Positions 10,127 through 20,300 of a stretch of 64,000 nucleotides of DNA are shown one piece after another. This DNA comes from Candidatus Binatia bacterium (GTDB lineage Bacteria; Desulfobacterota; Binatia; UBA9968; CAXXLF01): positions 320,001 through 384,000 of the forward strand of contig CAXXLF010000001.1 of the NCBI GenBank assembly GCA_963664015.2. Direction: 5' to 3'. A program made the translations under genes and the position numbers. The notes under the pieces are model-generated. The model saw only the letters and a list, made by a program, of their open reading frames with translations, did no database searches and was not told the DNA's origin. Within the stretch, counting starts at the first letter, position 1; every line of letters begins with the position of its first letter.

Positions 10127-11251
10127 GTGAAAAGTCATCGTTACGCGGTAATCATGGCAGGGGGACAAGGCACCCGTTTCTGGCCGATTAGCCGCTCTAC
10201 TCGTCCAAAACCCCTCTTAAAATTCCTCGACAGCAAGAGCCTCATCAAGACTACCGTAGACCGGATCGCCCCGTTGGTCGGCGCCGATCACATCCTGATT
10301 GTCACCGTAAGTGAACAATTCAGAGCCCTCCGTCGTGAAATCAAGTCCGTACCCAGTCGGAATTTCATCCTAGAGCCCTACGGGCGGAATACGGCCCCGT
10401 GTATTGGCCTGGCGGCCACCGAACTCATCAGTCGGGATGCTCAGGCCATCATGATTGTTTTGCCTGCAGACCACTGGATCTCGGATCCGGGCTCCTTTCG
10501 TAGGACCCTTGCGGCCTGCTGCAAGATTGTGGACCGAACCCACCGCTTATTGACCATCGGCATAAAGCCCCGATACCCCGAAACCGGATACGGCTACATC
10601 ATCAAGGGCAAAGCGGTTCGTGGGGACAATCGACTGGGAGCCCATAGTGTCAAGGCATTTAAAGAAAAACCGAGCCTAAAAACTGCACAGCGTTTAATAC
10701 GCACCGGCTCTCTATGGAACAGCGGGGTCTTTGTTTGGGAGGCTGCCACAATCCTCTCCATGATAAAAACATATACCCCTGGGATTTACCGTAGCCTCAA
10801 CGGGATCCAAAGTAAGATCGGGGCGAAACATCTCACGAGTACTGCAGCTGAAGTGCGAAACATCCTTCAGCGGGAATATAAAAAAATGCCCGACTTATCC
10901 ATAGACCAGGGGGTTCTCCAAAAGGCCAGTTCCGCGGCAAAGGTAATAACCGTCCAGGGAAAATTTGCTTGGAGCGATATCGGCAGCTGGACCAGCCTGC
11001 ATCAGTTGCTTCCTCACGACCGACAAGGAAATGCCGCCTTGGGTCAGTGGCTGGGGATTGACTCCAGCGGATGTCTCGTCCATGGCGGTGATCGTTTAGT
11101 CGTACTGTTGGGCATGCGCGACACGATGGTGGTAGACACGCGGGATGCGATCTTGGTTGGCGATCTGAATCGTGTCCAGGAAATGCGGCGAGTCGTTAAA
11201 GAACTGGAGCTATCGGGCCATGGAAAGCTGCTCAGAGAATTTTCTCGATAA
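10127..11251 (+). CDS. manC: Mannose-1-phosphate guanylyltransferase
   Basis: AVIMAGGQGTRFWPISR, EPYGRNTAPCI, PADH, PETGYGYI, WNSG and WSDIGSW motifs. The GTG start is inferred. Confidence 0.9.
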   Translation: MKSHRYAVIMAGGQGTRFWPISRSTRPKPLLKFLDSKSLIKTTVDRIAPLVGADHILIVTVSEQFRALRREIKSVPSRNFILEPYGRNTAPCIGLAATELISRDAQAIMIVLPADHWISDPGSFRRTLAACCKIVDRTHRLLTIGIKPRYPETGYGYIIKGKAVRGDNRLGAHSVKAFKEKPSLKTAQRLIRTGSLWNSGVFVWEAATILSMIKTYTPGIYRSLNGIQSKIGAKHLTSTAAEVRNILQREYKKMPDLSIDQGVLQKASSAAKVITVQGKFAWSDIGSWTSLHQLLPHDRQGNAALGQWLGIDSSGCLVHGGDRLVVLLGMRDTMVVDTRDAILVGDLNRVQEMRRVVKELELSGHGKLLREFSR

Positions 11252-11948
11252 ACCAGCCGAGACCAAAACCCACCAGTGCCGCCAGCACTCCAAAGCCGGT
11301 CATCTCGACCCCGGAACAAATGGGGTTGCCCCGGGTTAACCGGGTCTTGGCAACTCCGGCGGCAAAAAGGAAGACCACAGAAAAGATAACCGCCGCCCAC
11401 ATGGCATGGATGGGGTTACTAATAAAGAAATAGGGAAGGAGCGGTGGCAGTGATCCTCCTAGGAACGAGATACCCATGGTCAGGGCCACTTTGATCGGTT
11501 CGTCAAGGTGCTCGTCGATCAGACCAAGCTCTTCCCGTTTCATGATCCGGAGCATGAGCTCTTTATCCTGCATGGCCCGGTTTACGATCACCTCCTGCTC
11601 CGCCTTATTGAAACCTAGGTCGTGATAGATGTCGCGTAGCTCCTCAGCTTCTTTTTCCGGGGTTCGTTCAATTTCCCACCTTTCCAGCTCGACCTCGGAA
11701 TGAAAAAATTCCCGTTGTGATTTGGTGGACACGTAGGCTCCAGTAGCCATGGAAATGGCGCCCGCCACGACTTCCGCTATCGCAGCTAAAAGGACCAGAC
11801 GATGCTCCGATAGGGAGATGGTGACTCCGGCTAGAAAACCCACGGTCGTAACCAAACCGTCATTCATCCCAAAGATAACCTCGCGGATCGCTCTACCTTT
11901 GGGAGTATGCCAGTCCTCGTGTCGATCCGGTCGACTCGGTGTTGCCAT
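11232..11948 (-). CDS. VIT1/CCC1 family iron/manganese transporter
   Basis: REVIFGMNDGLVT, AGAISMATGAYVS and PLLPY motifs. Confidence 0.9.
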   Translation of the reverse strand: MATPSRPDRHEDWHTPKGRAIREVIFGMNDGLVTTVGFLAGVTISLSEHRLVLLAAIAEVVAGAISMATGAYVSTKSQREFFHSEVELERWEIERTPEKEAEELRDIYHDLGFNKAEQEVIVNRAMQDKELMLRIMKREELGLIDEHLDEPIKVALTMGISFLGGSLPPLLPYFFISNPIHAMWAAVIFSVVFLFAAGVAKTRLTRGNPICSGVEMTGFGVLAALVGFGLGWFIEKIL

Positions 11949-11997
11949 GGTTTTTCAAAATATCACTTCCAAGGGGGAAAGCCAACGATCGCCGGGT

Positions 11998-12026
11998 TTG
12001 ACAACCACTCTATAGTCTTCTATTTT
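11998..12026 (+). promoter_or_regulatory. Candidate sigma70 promoter of trmI
   Basis: TTGACA-17 nt-TATTTT, 16 nt before the ATG at 12043. Confidence 0.45.
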
Positions 12027-12042
12027 TGCAGCCCGACGAATC

Positions 12043-12879
12043 ATGAATGACACTTTCTCTAAAAACTTATCCAGAGGCCCTTTGCGCGAAGACGAAGCGG
12101 TGATATTCCGTGACCGAAAGGAAAGGGAGTATCTCAAAAGGCTCCGCACGGGACGTGAAATATCGATCCGCAACGGCAGGATTCCGGTAGAGGATCTAAT
12201 CGGCCGCGAAGAAGGGAGTCTGGTGCGCTCCTCAATGAACGAGCCGTTTCTCGTCCTGCGCCCGACAATGGCCCAGCTCATTCCCAGCCTACCCCGTAAA
12301 GCACAGGTCATCTATCCCAAGGATATTGCACTCATTTTGATTTGGGCTGATATCTTCCCAGGCGCTAAAGTCGTTGAGGCGGGAGTGGGCCCGGGCGCAT
12401 TGACCCTGGCCCTACTCAGGGCTGTCGGCCCCACCGGACAGGTGACCTCGTATGAGATCCGAGAGGATTTCGCACAGATGGGCCAGGATAACATCGCCGC
12501 ATACTATGGCCCCGCCCCCAATTGGACGGTGAAGGTCAAGGACATTACCACTGAGCTAGATGAAACCAACGTAGATCGAATCGTTCTCGACCTGCCCAAT
12601 CCCTGGGATGTCACGGAAAAGGCGTGGCAGGCCCTGTGTCCGGGAGGGATCTGCATGAGTTATCTGCCAACGGTCCTGCAGATCAAAGGCTGGGTGGACT
12701 CCTTAAAGGAACATGGCGGCTTTGCCTGCATAGAAACCATGGAAACCCTTATCCGCTTCTGGCATATCAAGGACTTGAGTGCCAGGCCCGAGCACCGCAT
12801 GATTGGGCACACCGGGTTTATCACGGTGGCCAGACGCCTCAAGGAAATCCAGACACGGGACGGGATACGAATCAGTTAG
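12043..12879 (+). CDS. trmI: tRNA (adenine-58-N1)-methyltransferase
   Basis: QVIYPKD, VVEAGVGPGALT, LDLPNPW and RPEHRMIGHTGF motifs. Confidence 0.9.
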   Translation: MNDTFSKNLSRGPLREDEAVIFRDRKEREYLKRLRTGREISIRNGRIPVEDLIGREEGSLVRSSMNEPFLVLRPTMAQLIPSLPRKAQVIYPKDIALILIWADIFPGAKVVEAGVGPGALTLALLRAVGPTGQVTSYEIREDFAQMGQDNIAAYYGPAPNWTVKVKDITTELDETNVDRIVLDLPNPWDVTEKAWQALCPGGICMSYLPTVLQIKGWVDSLKEHGGFACIETMETLIRFWHIKDLSARPEHRMIGHTGFITVARRLKEIQTRDGIRIS

Positions 12880-12910
12880 AACCATATCGCTCCTACTACG
12901 ACATTGCCTT

Positions 12911-15421
12911 CTACGGGGAGAATTCCAATCCGGTTCCCCCCACGGGCGCTCCCAATTGAGCCCCCGGCATTGCATAGGGCAATCCGACGGGGATCAGCAG
13001 TTTGAACGCGCTTCCACGTCCCGGTTCACTTTCCACTCCAATCCTTCCTCCTAAAGACTGGGCTATTTTTTTTCAAAGGCTGATTCCCAGGCCCGTTCCA
13101 CCGTATTGACGGGTCGAAGAACCGTCCAATTGGCGAAACTCCTCAAAGATAACCTCCTGGTCCTTTGGGCTCATACCGATGCCCGTTTCCGTCACGACTA
13201 ATTCCGCTGCCTTGCCTGCCCCTCCGCCAATGGATCGTCCCTCCAATCCAATCTCTCCTCGATGGGTAAACTTCAATGCATTGGTCAACAGATGATTCAA
13301 GATCTGTTGGACTGTTTTCCCATCAACACGAATGGTCGTAAACGACGGTTCAACCTCCGAGCGGAATATAATGGGTCGATCCTTTAATAAACGCCGAGTC
13401 ATGACCTCCAGAGACTGAAAAAGCTCGCCCACGTTTACCTCTTGGACACTGGGAGACATACTCCCGGCCTCAATACGAGAAAATTCCAGGATTCCATCCA
13501 TGAGTTGAGACAGATCCCTGCCATTAGTCACGATACGTTCCAAAATGGTTCGGTTATCACCGGCGAAACCCGGATTTGACAGGACCTCCGCATAACCCAG
13601 AATGGAACTTACCGGAGTGAGAAATTCATGGGAAATGTTAGCAACAAAATGTTTTTGCTTCTGGTCCATTTGAACGAGTTTCCGATTCGTCTCAGCGGAA
13701 TCATTATACAGACGCTGGTACTTTTCCTTATCTTTCTCAGATTCCTCATAGAGGACTCCGTTTTTGACGGCGAGGGCAAGCTGAACGGCGAGATTGGACA
13801 GGATCCTGAAATCATCCGCACTATAGTTACGTCCCGATCTCTTTTTACCGAGACAAATACAACCGAGGAGCCTTTCTTCAAAAATCATAGGGATTAGCAA
13901 CTCCACGTCCAATTCGTTAAATATCCGCATGTACTGAGAACGACCCATCTGAAACCCTGGATCCGATTCGACCTCGTCTCTCGATATGCCCTTTTTCCGG
14001 GCCTCTAACCTACCGATCCACTATGACAGCAGATATCCGGCGGCCTGTAGGTAACTTCCCTGCTCAGAGGAAACAACAAAATACTCCTCCCCTTCCCGCG
14101 GTCGATAAAAGAGATAAACACTGTCGATGCCGACTTGACGACTCAGAAAACCCATGGATTAACTCCCAATAGTCTGCGGTTTCAATAAAGTTCGTAACAG
14201 AACGCTAATCTACACTTGCAACTGAGCCGGATCATATTCGCGGCGGTATGCATACCGGCTAACAACGTCCTCGATCCAACGCAGCAAGGGATTAAACAGA
14301 AGGGCAACCAAAAGAGAAAACAGAAGTGGCAGCAGAGGGTCGTTATGGTAGATCCAAATGGAATACCCAGCACAAACACCACCGCCACATAGATCAGTAG
14401 CAACAGTGCGGTGAGCCCACCTCGGGTCAGCCCAACGTTCAGAATCGCATCCATATCGAAGAGATTGTATTGCAGTAGAGCATACGTAATGGAGAACGGA
14501 AAGAAGACCGCCGCAAGTAAGAGGGCGTTATGGGGGATACCCCAATCAAAGGAGCTGGCCAGGACCGTTCCCAAGGTAGGGATCAAAAATCCTAACACCG
14601 ATCCGACCATCACCACCCGAAGCCGTAACGCTACCTACCCCATGAAAGCCAGGGCAGCCAAAAGGCAGTAAATGTAACTGATTTGCAGCACAGCCTGCCA
14701 GGATTCGGGGCGGCTGTAAAAGCTCAAGCTGTAAGCCACGCAAAGCAGAATCGATATACCGTAAATGACAAGGAGGGAGAAACGATGGGCCCGTTTGCTA
14801 CGAAACAACCTGGAAGAAAAAGAAAGGCTCAGGTGAATACCCGCGCTCGGGGTCATGGCAAAGGCAAGGGCTCTGAACTCCTTGGGGAGGGATTGGGTCG
14901 TCATAAAGGCAAGGTCGTACCGAACCATATGAACACCGCACTGAGCATCAACAGGAGCGGAACCGCGGAGGGCGAAGTGGATCGAAGATAGAAGGGGTAA
15001 AACCAATAGCGAGGAAGCTCAGTCCGGTGAGGAGGTAAATCCCGTAGGTTAAAAACCAATCCTGAAAGGAAAAGTCAAGGGACGGAATGGCAAGAAGAAG
15101 CCGTTTTCCACCTCTTTCCACCGTATACCGGAACGTCGTATCAGCTGGAAGAGATCGGACCCATTAATAAATCTCACAGGGTTGGCCGACCGCCTTACCG
15201 TCGATGGCGATGACACGATCCAGAAATTGGAGTCCCGATTTTCTCCCGGTTCATCCCGGGAGAAAGTCAGGACTGATGGCCAGGTTGCTGTAAAGGGAAA
15301 CCCCCGGGAACGGTTGGTTCATCCATCGAGAGGAAGAAACTAGATTTCCGGCAACGACTAAAACGGCCAGCATCCCCACTAACCCCACCAAGAGTCTCCG
15401 TTGCCATGGCCTAAGGTTCAT
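12911..15421 (-). pseudogene. Membrane sensor histidine kinase (PDZ-like, multi-TM, GAF, HisKA, HATPase), multiply disrupted
   Basis: AAGGAGG precedes the ATG at 15421. In-frame TGA at 15251-15253 and TAA at 15164-15166, frameshifted TM fragments, H-box ISHEF.TP, N-box NALKFT and G2 GGTGLG. A TGA at 13073 is followed in frame by KKIAQSLGGRIGVESEPGRGSAF. Confidence 0.85.
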
Positions 15422-15500
15422 ACGTCAACCTCCTTTGGTGAAGCCCACGGTCTTACAGCGCTGGCCCTTACTTGACTTCGGCCAAACCCGCAGAAACATC

Positions 15501-15526
15501 CCCTCCTTCGCCAAAGCTACGGAGGG
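15501..15526. repeat. REP-like hairpin CCCTCCTTCG...CGGAGGG
   Basis: Sibling of the hairpin at 6876-6906. Confidence 0.6.
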
Positions 15527-15582
15527 TTACCAGGCTCGCAATTATCCACCGAATTTCATCCGTATCTTTTGCAGCGGCGGGC

Positions 15583-15622
15583 AAAAAAAGGCCCCCTGGT
15601 ATGGTCACTACCAGGAGGCCTT
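15583..15622 (-). terminator. Rho-independent terminator ending the long minus-strand gene run
   Basis: On the minus strand, an AAGGCC.CCTGGT stem with its complement is followed by T7, 48 nt after the stop at 15670. Confidence 0.75.
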
Positions 15623-15669
15623 ATCAAGACGCCAAGCCCTATGTCAAGAGGTTGCAGAGCTCGCTGTAG

Positions 15670-16959
15670 CTACAACCTCACAATGTTATCGGATTTTATT
15701 CCACGGGTTAGATTGCGCGCATCGATGACTAGACGGGCCGCATCGACAATCTTCCGAGGGTTGAAAGAGCCATGATCCGCTAATATCACTACCGCATCGT
15801 AGCCTGCAAGGGAGCCGGAATCCATGGGCCCGCTCGAAAGGGCGCGCCCATCGCAGACAAGGTCGCGCACATAGGGGTCATGGTACGAGACATCCCCCCC
15901 CTTTCTGAGCAAGAGCTCCATCACGTCCAGGGCGGGGGACTCTCGGACATCACTGGTATCCTTTTTATAGCTTACACCGAGGACTAAAATTTTGGACCCA
16001 TTGACACTCTTACGCTTACCGTTGAGTGCCTCCACCACCTTGTCGACTACAAAGTGAGGCATCTCCCGATTGATCTGGTCGGCAAGCTCTACAAATCGGG
16101 CCTTGTAGGACAAATGCTTGAGCTTCCATGATAGGTACTGGGGATCCACCGGGATGCAGTGCCCTCCCAATCCCGGACCTGGGAAAAAGGGCATAAACCC
16201 AAAAGGCTTGCTCGTAGCCGCCTCGATCACCTCCCAGACATCCAATCCGAGCCGATCACACATCATGGCGAACTCGTTTACCAGGGCGATGTTGACGCTT
16301 CGAAATATGTTCTCCAGGAGCTTGACCACCTCTGCCGAGTCCGTGCTGCTGACAGGAACGACCCGATCGACGATCTTACTATAGAGCTCCCGGATCAGGT
16401 TAAGACAGGAATCCGTGACACCGGCCACGACTTTCGGGGTGTTGCCCAGGTGGTAGGTTGGATTCCCCGGATCGATCCGCTCAGGGGAATAACCGAGAAA
16501 AAAGTCCCGCCCCACCTTGAGCCCGGTTTCCTCGAACACCGGCAGCAAAAGCTCACGGGTAGTACCTGGATAGGTGGTGCTCTCGAGGACGATCAGCTGG
16601 CCGGCCTTTAGATGCTCGACAATGACACGTGCCGCATCAATGACAAAGGAGAGATCGGGGTCCCTCGTTTTACTCAGAGGTGTCGGTACGCAAATAATCG
16701 CGGCGTCGGCTTTTTTGAGAAGAGAAAAGTCCGTCGAATATCGTATTGAGCCAATGGCACCCTTCTTCCCGCTCCAAGTTCCCACATCGGCTTGCTTGAG
16801 GGTGGCCACTTTATTTTCATCGACATCCAGCCCCAACACCGAAAAGCCCACCTCGGCAAACCGCTGTACCACCGAGTGCCCGACGTATCCCAAACCCAGG
16901 ACCGCCACGGTCGCAGTCTTCTTCTGAATCTTTGCTAGCAGTCCTCTTTCTTTACTCAC
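15670..16959 (-). CDS. UDP-N-acetylhexosamine 6-dehydrogenase (WbpA/WecC/TviB family)
   Basis: GLGYVG, ICVPTP, LESTTYPGTT, SPERIDPGN, GPGLGGHCIPVDP and D.RESP motifs. Confidence 0.9.
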   Translation of the reverse strand: MSKERGLLAKIQKKTATVAVLGLGYVGHSVVQRFAEVGFSVLGLDVDENKVATLKQADVGTWSGKKGAIGSIRYSTDFSLLKKADAAIICVPTPLSKTRDPDLSFVIDAARVIVEHLKAGQLIVLESTTYPGTTRELLLPVFEETGLKVGRDFFLGYSPERIDPGNPTYHLGNTPKVVAGVTDSCLNLIRELYSKIVDRVVPVSSTDSAEVVKLLENIFRSVNIALVNEFAMMCDRLGLDVWEVIEAATSKPFGFMPFFPGPGLGGHCIPVDPQYLSWKLKHLSYKARFVELADQINREMPHFVVDKVVEALNGKRKSVNGSKILVLGVSYKKDTSDVRESPALDVMELLLRKGGDVSYHDPYVRDLVCDGRALSSGPMDSGSLAGYDAVVILADHGSFNPRKIVDAARLVIDARNLTRGIKSDNIVRL

Positions 16960-16998
16960 CAACTCCCCCCTTCTCCAACTTAACACTCAGGGAAAGAT

Positions 16999-17217
16999 TC
17001 ATGCTTGAAACTCCCTGACCACGAGACAGTCGTTGTGGCTGCCGAAGCCAAGGGAATTCGACAGGGTGACCCGGAGGTCGGCCTCTCTCGACTGGTTAGG
17101 AACGTAATCGAGGTCGCATTCCGAATCAGCGGATTCAAAGTTAATGGTTGGTGGAATTACTTGATCTCTTAGAGCCAACACACCGGTAATCGTCTCGATG
17201 GCTCCGCCGGCGGATAT
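16999..17217 (-). pseudogene. fabF: C-terminal remnant of beta-ketoacyl-ACP synthase II (FabF-like)
   Basis: AGGAIE...IPPTINF...CDLDYVPN...LSNSLGFGSHN. Only the last ~70 residues are present. Confidence 0.8.
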
Positions 17218-17317
17218 GGATGTAATCAACGTCCTTCGTATCTCGCATTTCGGATCGGGGTGTAAAGCCTTCACCACTAGGGGGTCATTAAGAATAAGGA
17301 GTAAACCGGCTGGGACT

Positions 17318-20300
17318 CTAAGGCAAGCATTCGACTTTCGAAGAATGGATAGCTTGCAGGCCCTTGTCCAGTTGCTCTGCGATGGTATTCACGCGAGGTG
17401 GATACATCACCGCGTAGTGGCCCCCTTCAATGGTTTCTTCCACTACCATACCGCTAGTATACATATCCCAGTTTTTATCTGAGTGCTTTATTCCATCCGA
17501 TCTGTCCCTAGCCCACCATATGAAAATAGGGGCACGGATCATTTCGGGTTTGAAGTTTTCGATCAGACTAATATGGAGCTCGATACGCGAAACCTGCTCC
17601 TTCAAGAGATCGGCGGGAATATCTCTCCGGACGTATTTTTGCTTAGTGAGCCAATCGATGACCGCATCGACTCTTCCATCTCCGGAAGAGGACAGCAATT
17701 CCTTAGATAGACTTGTTGTCTCTTTCGCCAATTGTTCCGCCGGCACAATCTCTAAGATACCAAGCTCCTTAGAGAGAAAACTATACATATCCGCTATACG
17801 GTTTTGCAGAATAATGTGCCTAGGGAACAAGGGATCGGCCCAGTGTACATCACAATCCACCAGCCCAACGAGTGCAACGTCTTGACCTTGCAACTCCAAA
17901 ACCCTCGCAATGCTCATGGCAAGAAACCCGCCAAGAGAAAAACCAAACAGACAATAGGGCCCGTTGGGCTGCTGCTCGCGTATGACCTTGGCACATTCGA
18001 TTGCCTTGCTCTCCATGGACCTGTCCTCAGCCGGATCAAACAAATGGCTGGATTGAACTCCATACCCGGGCTGTTCTGCAGGAAGCAGGTCGATGAGGTT
18101 TTTGTAAATATCGATTTGGCCTCCCGCCGGATGAATGCAGAATAAAGGCGGCCGTGTTCCATGGGTACGTAAAGGGACCAAGCACTCCCTGGACCGACCG
18201 TTTTGGGGCCGCCAGCCTTGGGATATTTCCACCGTAGGGATGTCAGCAGGGATAGAGTCGCGGCCTCCAAGCTCATTGAGCACTACCGTTGACAGCCTGT
18301 TGATACTTGCTGGACCTTGCATGAGTTTACCCGCCGGCAAAGACAAGGCCAGATCGTTTTCAACCCGGTGTTGCAATTGCACCGCCATCAAGGAATCGAG
18401 CCCCAGTTCATTAAGAGGCTGATCGAAATCGAGTTTGACAGAGGTCCCCAAAACACCTGCCACCTGTTCACAAATGTAGGTCTGGACAAGCTCCCTACGT
18501 TCTTCCGGTTTCGCTTGCATAAGTGCTTCTCGAATGCCGCTTTCCTCCTCTCCCATTTGTTGTTCCATATTTTGACCCATCAGGGACGACAGCCGTTGAG
18601 ATCCTTGTGCCTTGGACGCAAGGCCTGCCAACTTTTTCCAATCCAATCGCATAACTCCCATCTGGACTGGGTTCTCCTTAAGTATGCGACCGAGGGCTTT
18701 CATCGCCTGATTGGGAGGGAATCCAAGGATTCCTCTACGAGTTAGGTGTTCGGATACGTCCTGATGTCGGGAAACATAACCAACTTCCGTCAGATGGCCC
18801 CAATTAATAGAAACTGCCGGTAAACCAAGGGACCGACGGTGATGGGCGAGGGCATCGAGAAACAGATTGGCGGCAACGTAATTTCCCTGTCCTGGATTTC
18901 CAAACAACGAAACCACTGAACTAAAAAGCACAAAGAAGTCCAGATCTTTATTCAAGGACTGGGAGTGTAAATTCCAGGCCCCTTCCACCTTGGGGGCCAT
19001 CACTTTCCTGAACCTATCCTGGTCCAGCTGGATCAAGACACCGTCGTCCAGCACCATGGCAGCATGAAAAATCCCTTTCAACGGCGGCATAGTCCTATCG
19101 ATTTGGGTAAGGATATCCGCCACTTGCTCAACGCTGGTAACATCCGCCTTGGTCACTACAATTCGTGCCCCTGTACTTTGCAAGCTCTCCAGAGCATTTT
19201 TTGTTTCTTCAGACTCAGCCCCGTGTCTCCCTACCAGGACAACGTTTTGCCCCCCATTTTCTACGATCCATTTGGCAACGGCCAGGCCGAACCCACCCAA
19301 CCCGCCGGTAATCAGATAACTAGCATCGGGGCGAAATGCAATGGCATCTTCCCCCAGTGGTTCAACCAAGACGCCCTCATCTTGCATTGAAATCACGATC
19401 TTTCCGCTATGCTTGGCCTGAGCCATGTACCGGAAAGCGTCCACGATCCGCGATGCGGGGTACACCCTATGGGGCAGAGGATGAAGTACCTTACCTTCAA
19501 TCTGCTGATACAACTCCGTAAGTATTGATCTGATCAAGAGGGGTTTGTCGGCCAAAAGCCGGCTCAGGTCAATGGCAAAGAACGAAAGATTCTTTCGAAA
19601 TGCCCTAAGTCCCAACTTGCTATTCTGATAGATGTCACGCTTCCCAAGCTCAAGGAAACGTCCGTAGGGAGCCAGACACGAAACTCCTTTCGCGATGGCC
19701 TTTCCCGCCAACGAATTAAGAACCACATCAACACCCCGACCGCCGGTAATCTCTAAAATCTCATCCGCAAACGACAACGACCGGGAGTCCATGACATGTT
19801 GCACTCCCATGAATCTTAGCAGTTCCCGCTTTTCCGGGCTGCCTGCTGTTGCAAAGACCTCTGCACCCGCTTGCCGGGCGATCTGCAATGCAGCGAGTCC
19901 GACACCGCCCGCTGCTGAATGGATAAGAACGCGTTCGCCTGCAGTGATCTGCGCGAGGTGATGCAAGGAGTAGTAAGCCGTGAGAAAGGCTATAGGGAAC
20001 GTCACTGCCTCTTCAAAGCTCAAATGTTCGGGCTTGCGGACAACGAATTCCGCCAAGGTCCTTGCATAAGAGCCGAAGCTCCCTGGAGCGATAGCGATCA
20101 CTTCATCACCTACCTTGAAGTCTTCCACACCCTCACCAAGCGCCACGACCCTTCCGGCGCACTCGTCGCCGAGCATCATGTAATCATCGCCATCCGTCGG
20201 ATAGAGACCCAAGGCCTTCATGACGTCGCGAAAGTTAAGCGCAGCGGCAAAGACCTCGATCTCGACTTGTCCATGGTCGACCTGGTAACGTTTGGTTTCG

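Noticed and set aside
15430-15582. Possible riboswitch or ncRNA upstream of the sensor kinase pseudogene
   Set aside because: I recognised no aptamer consensus, and the main hairpin is a dispersed REP-like repeat. An Rfam/Infernal scan would settle it.
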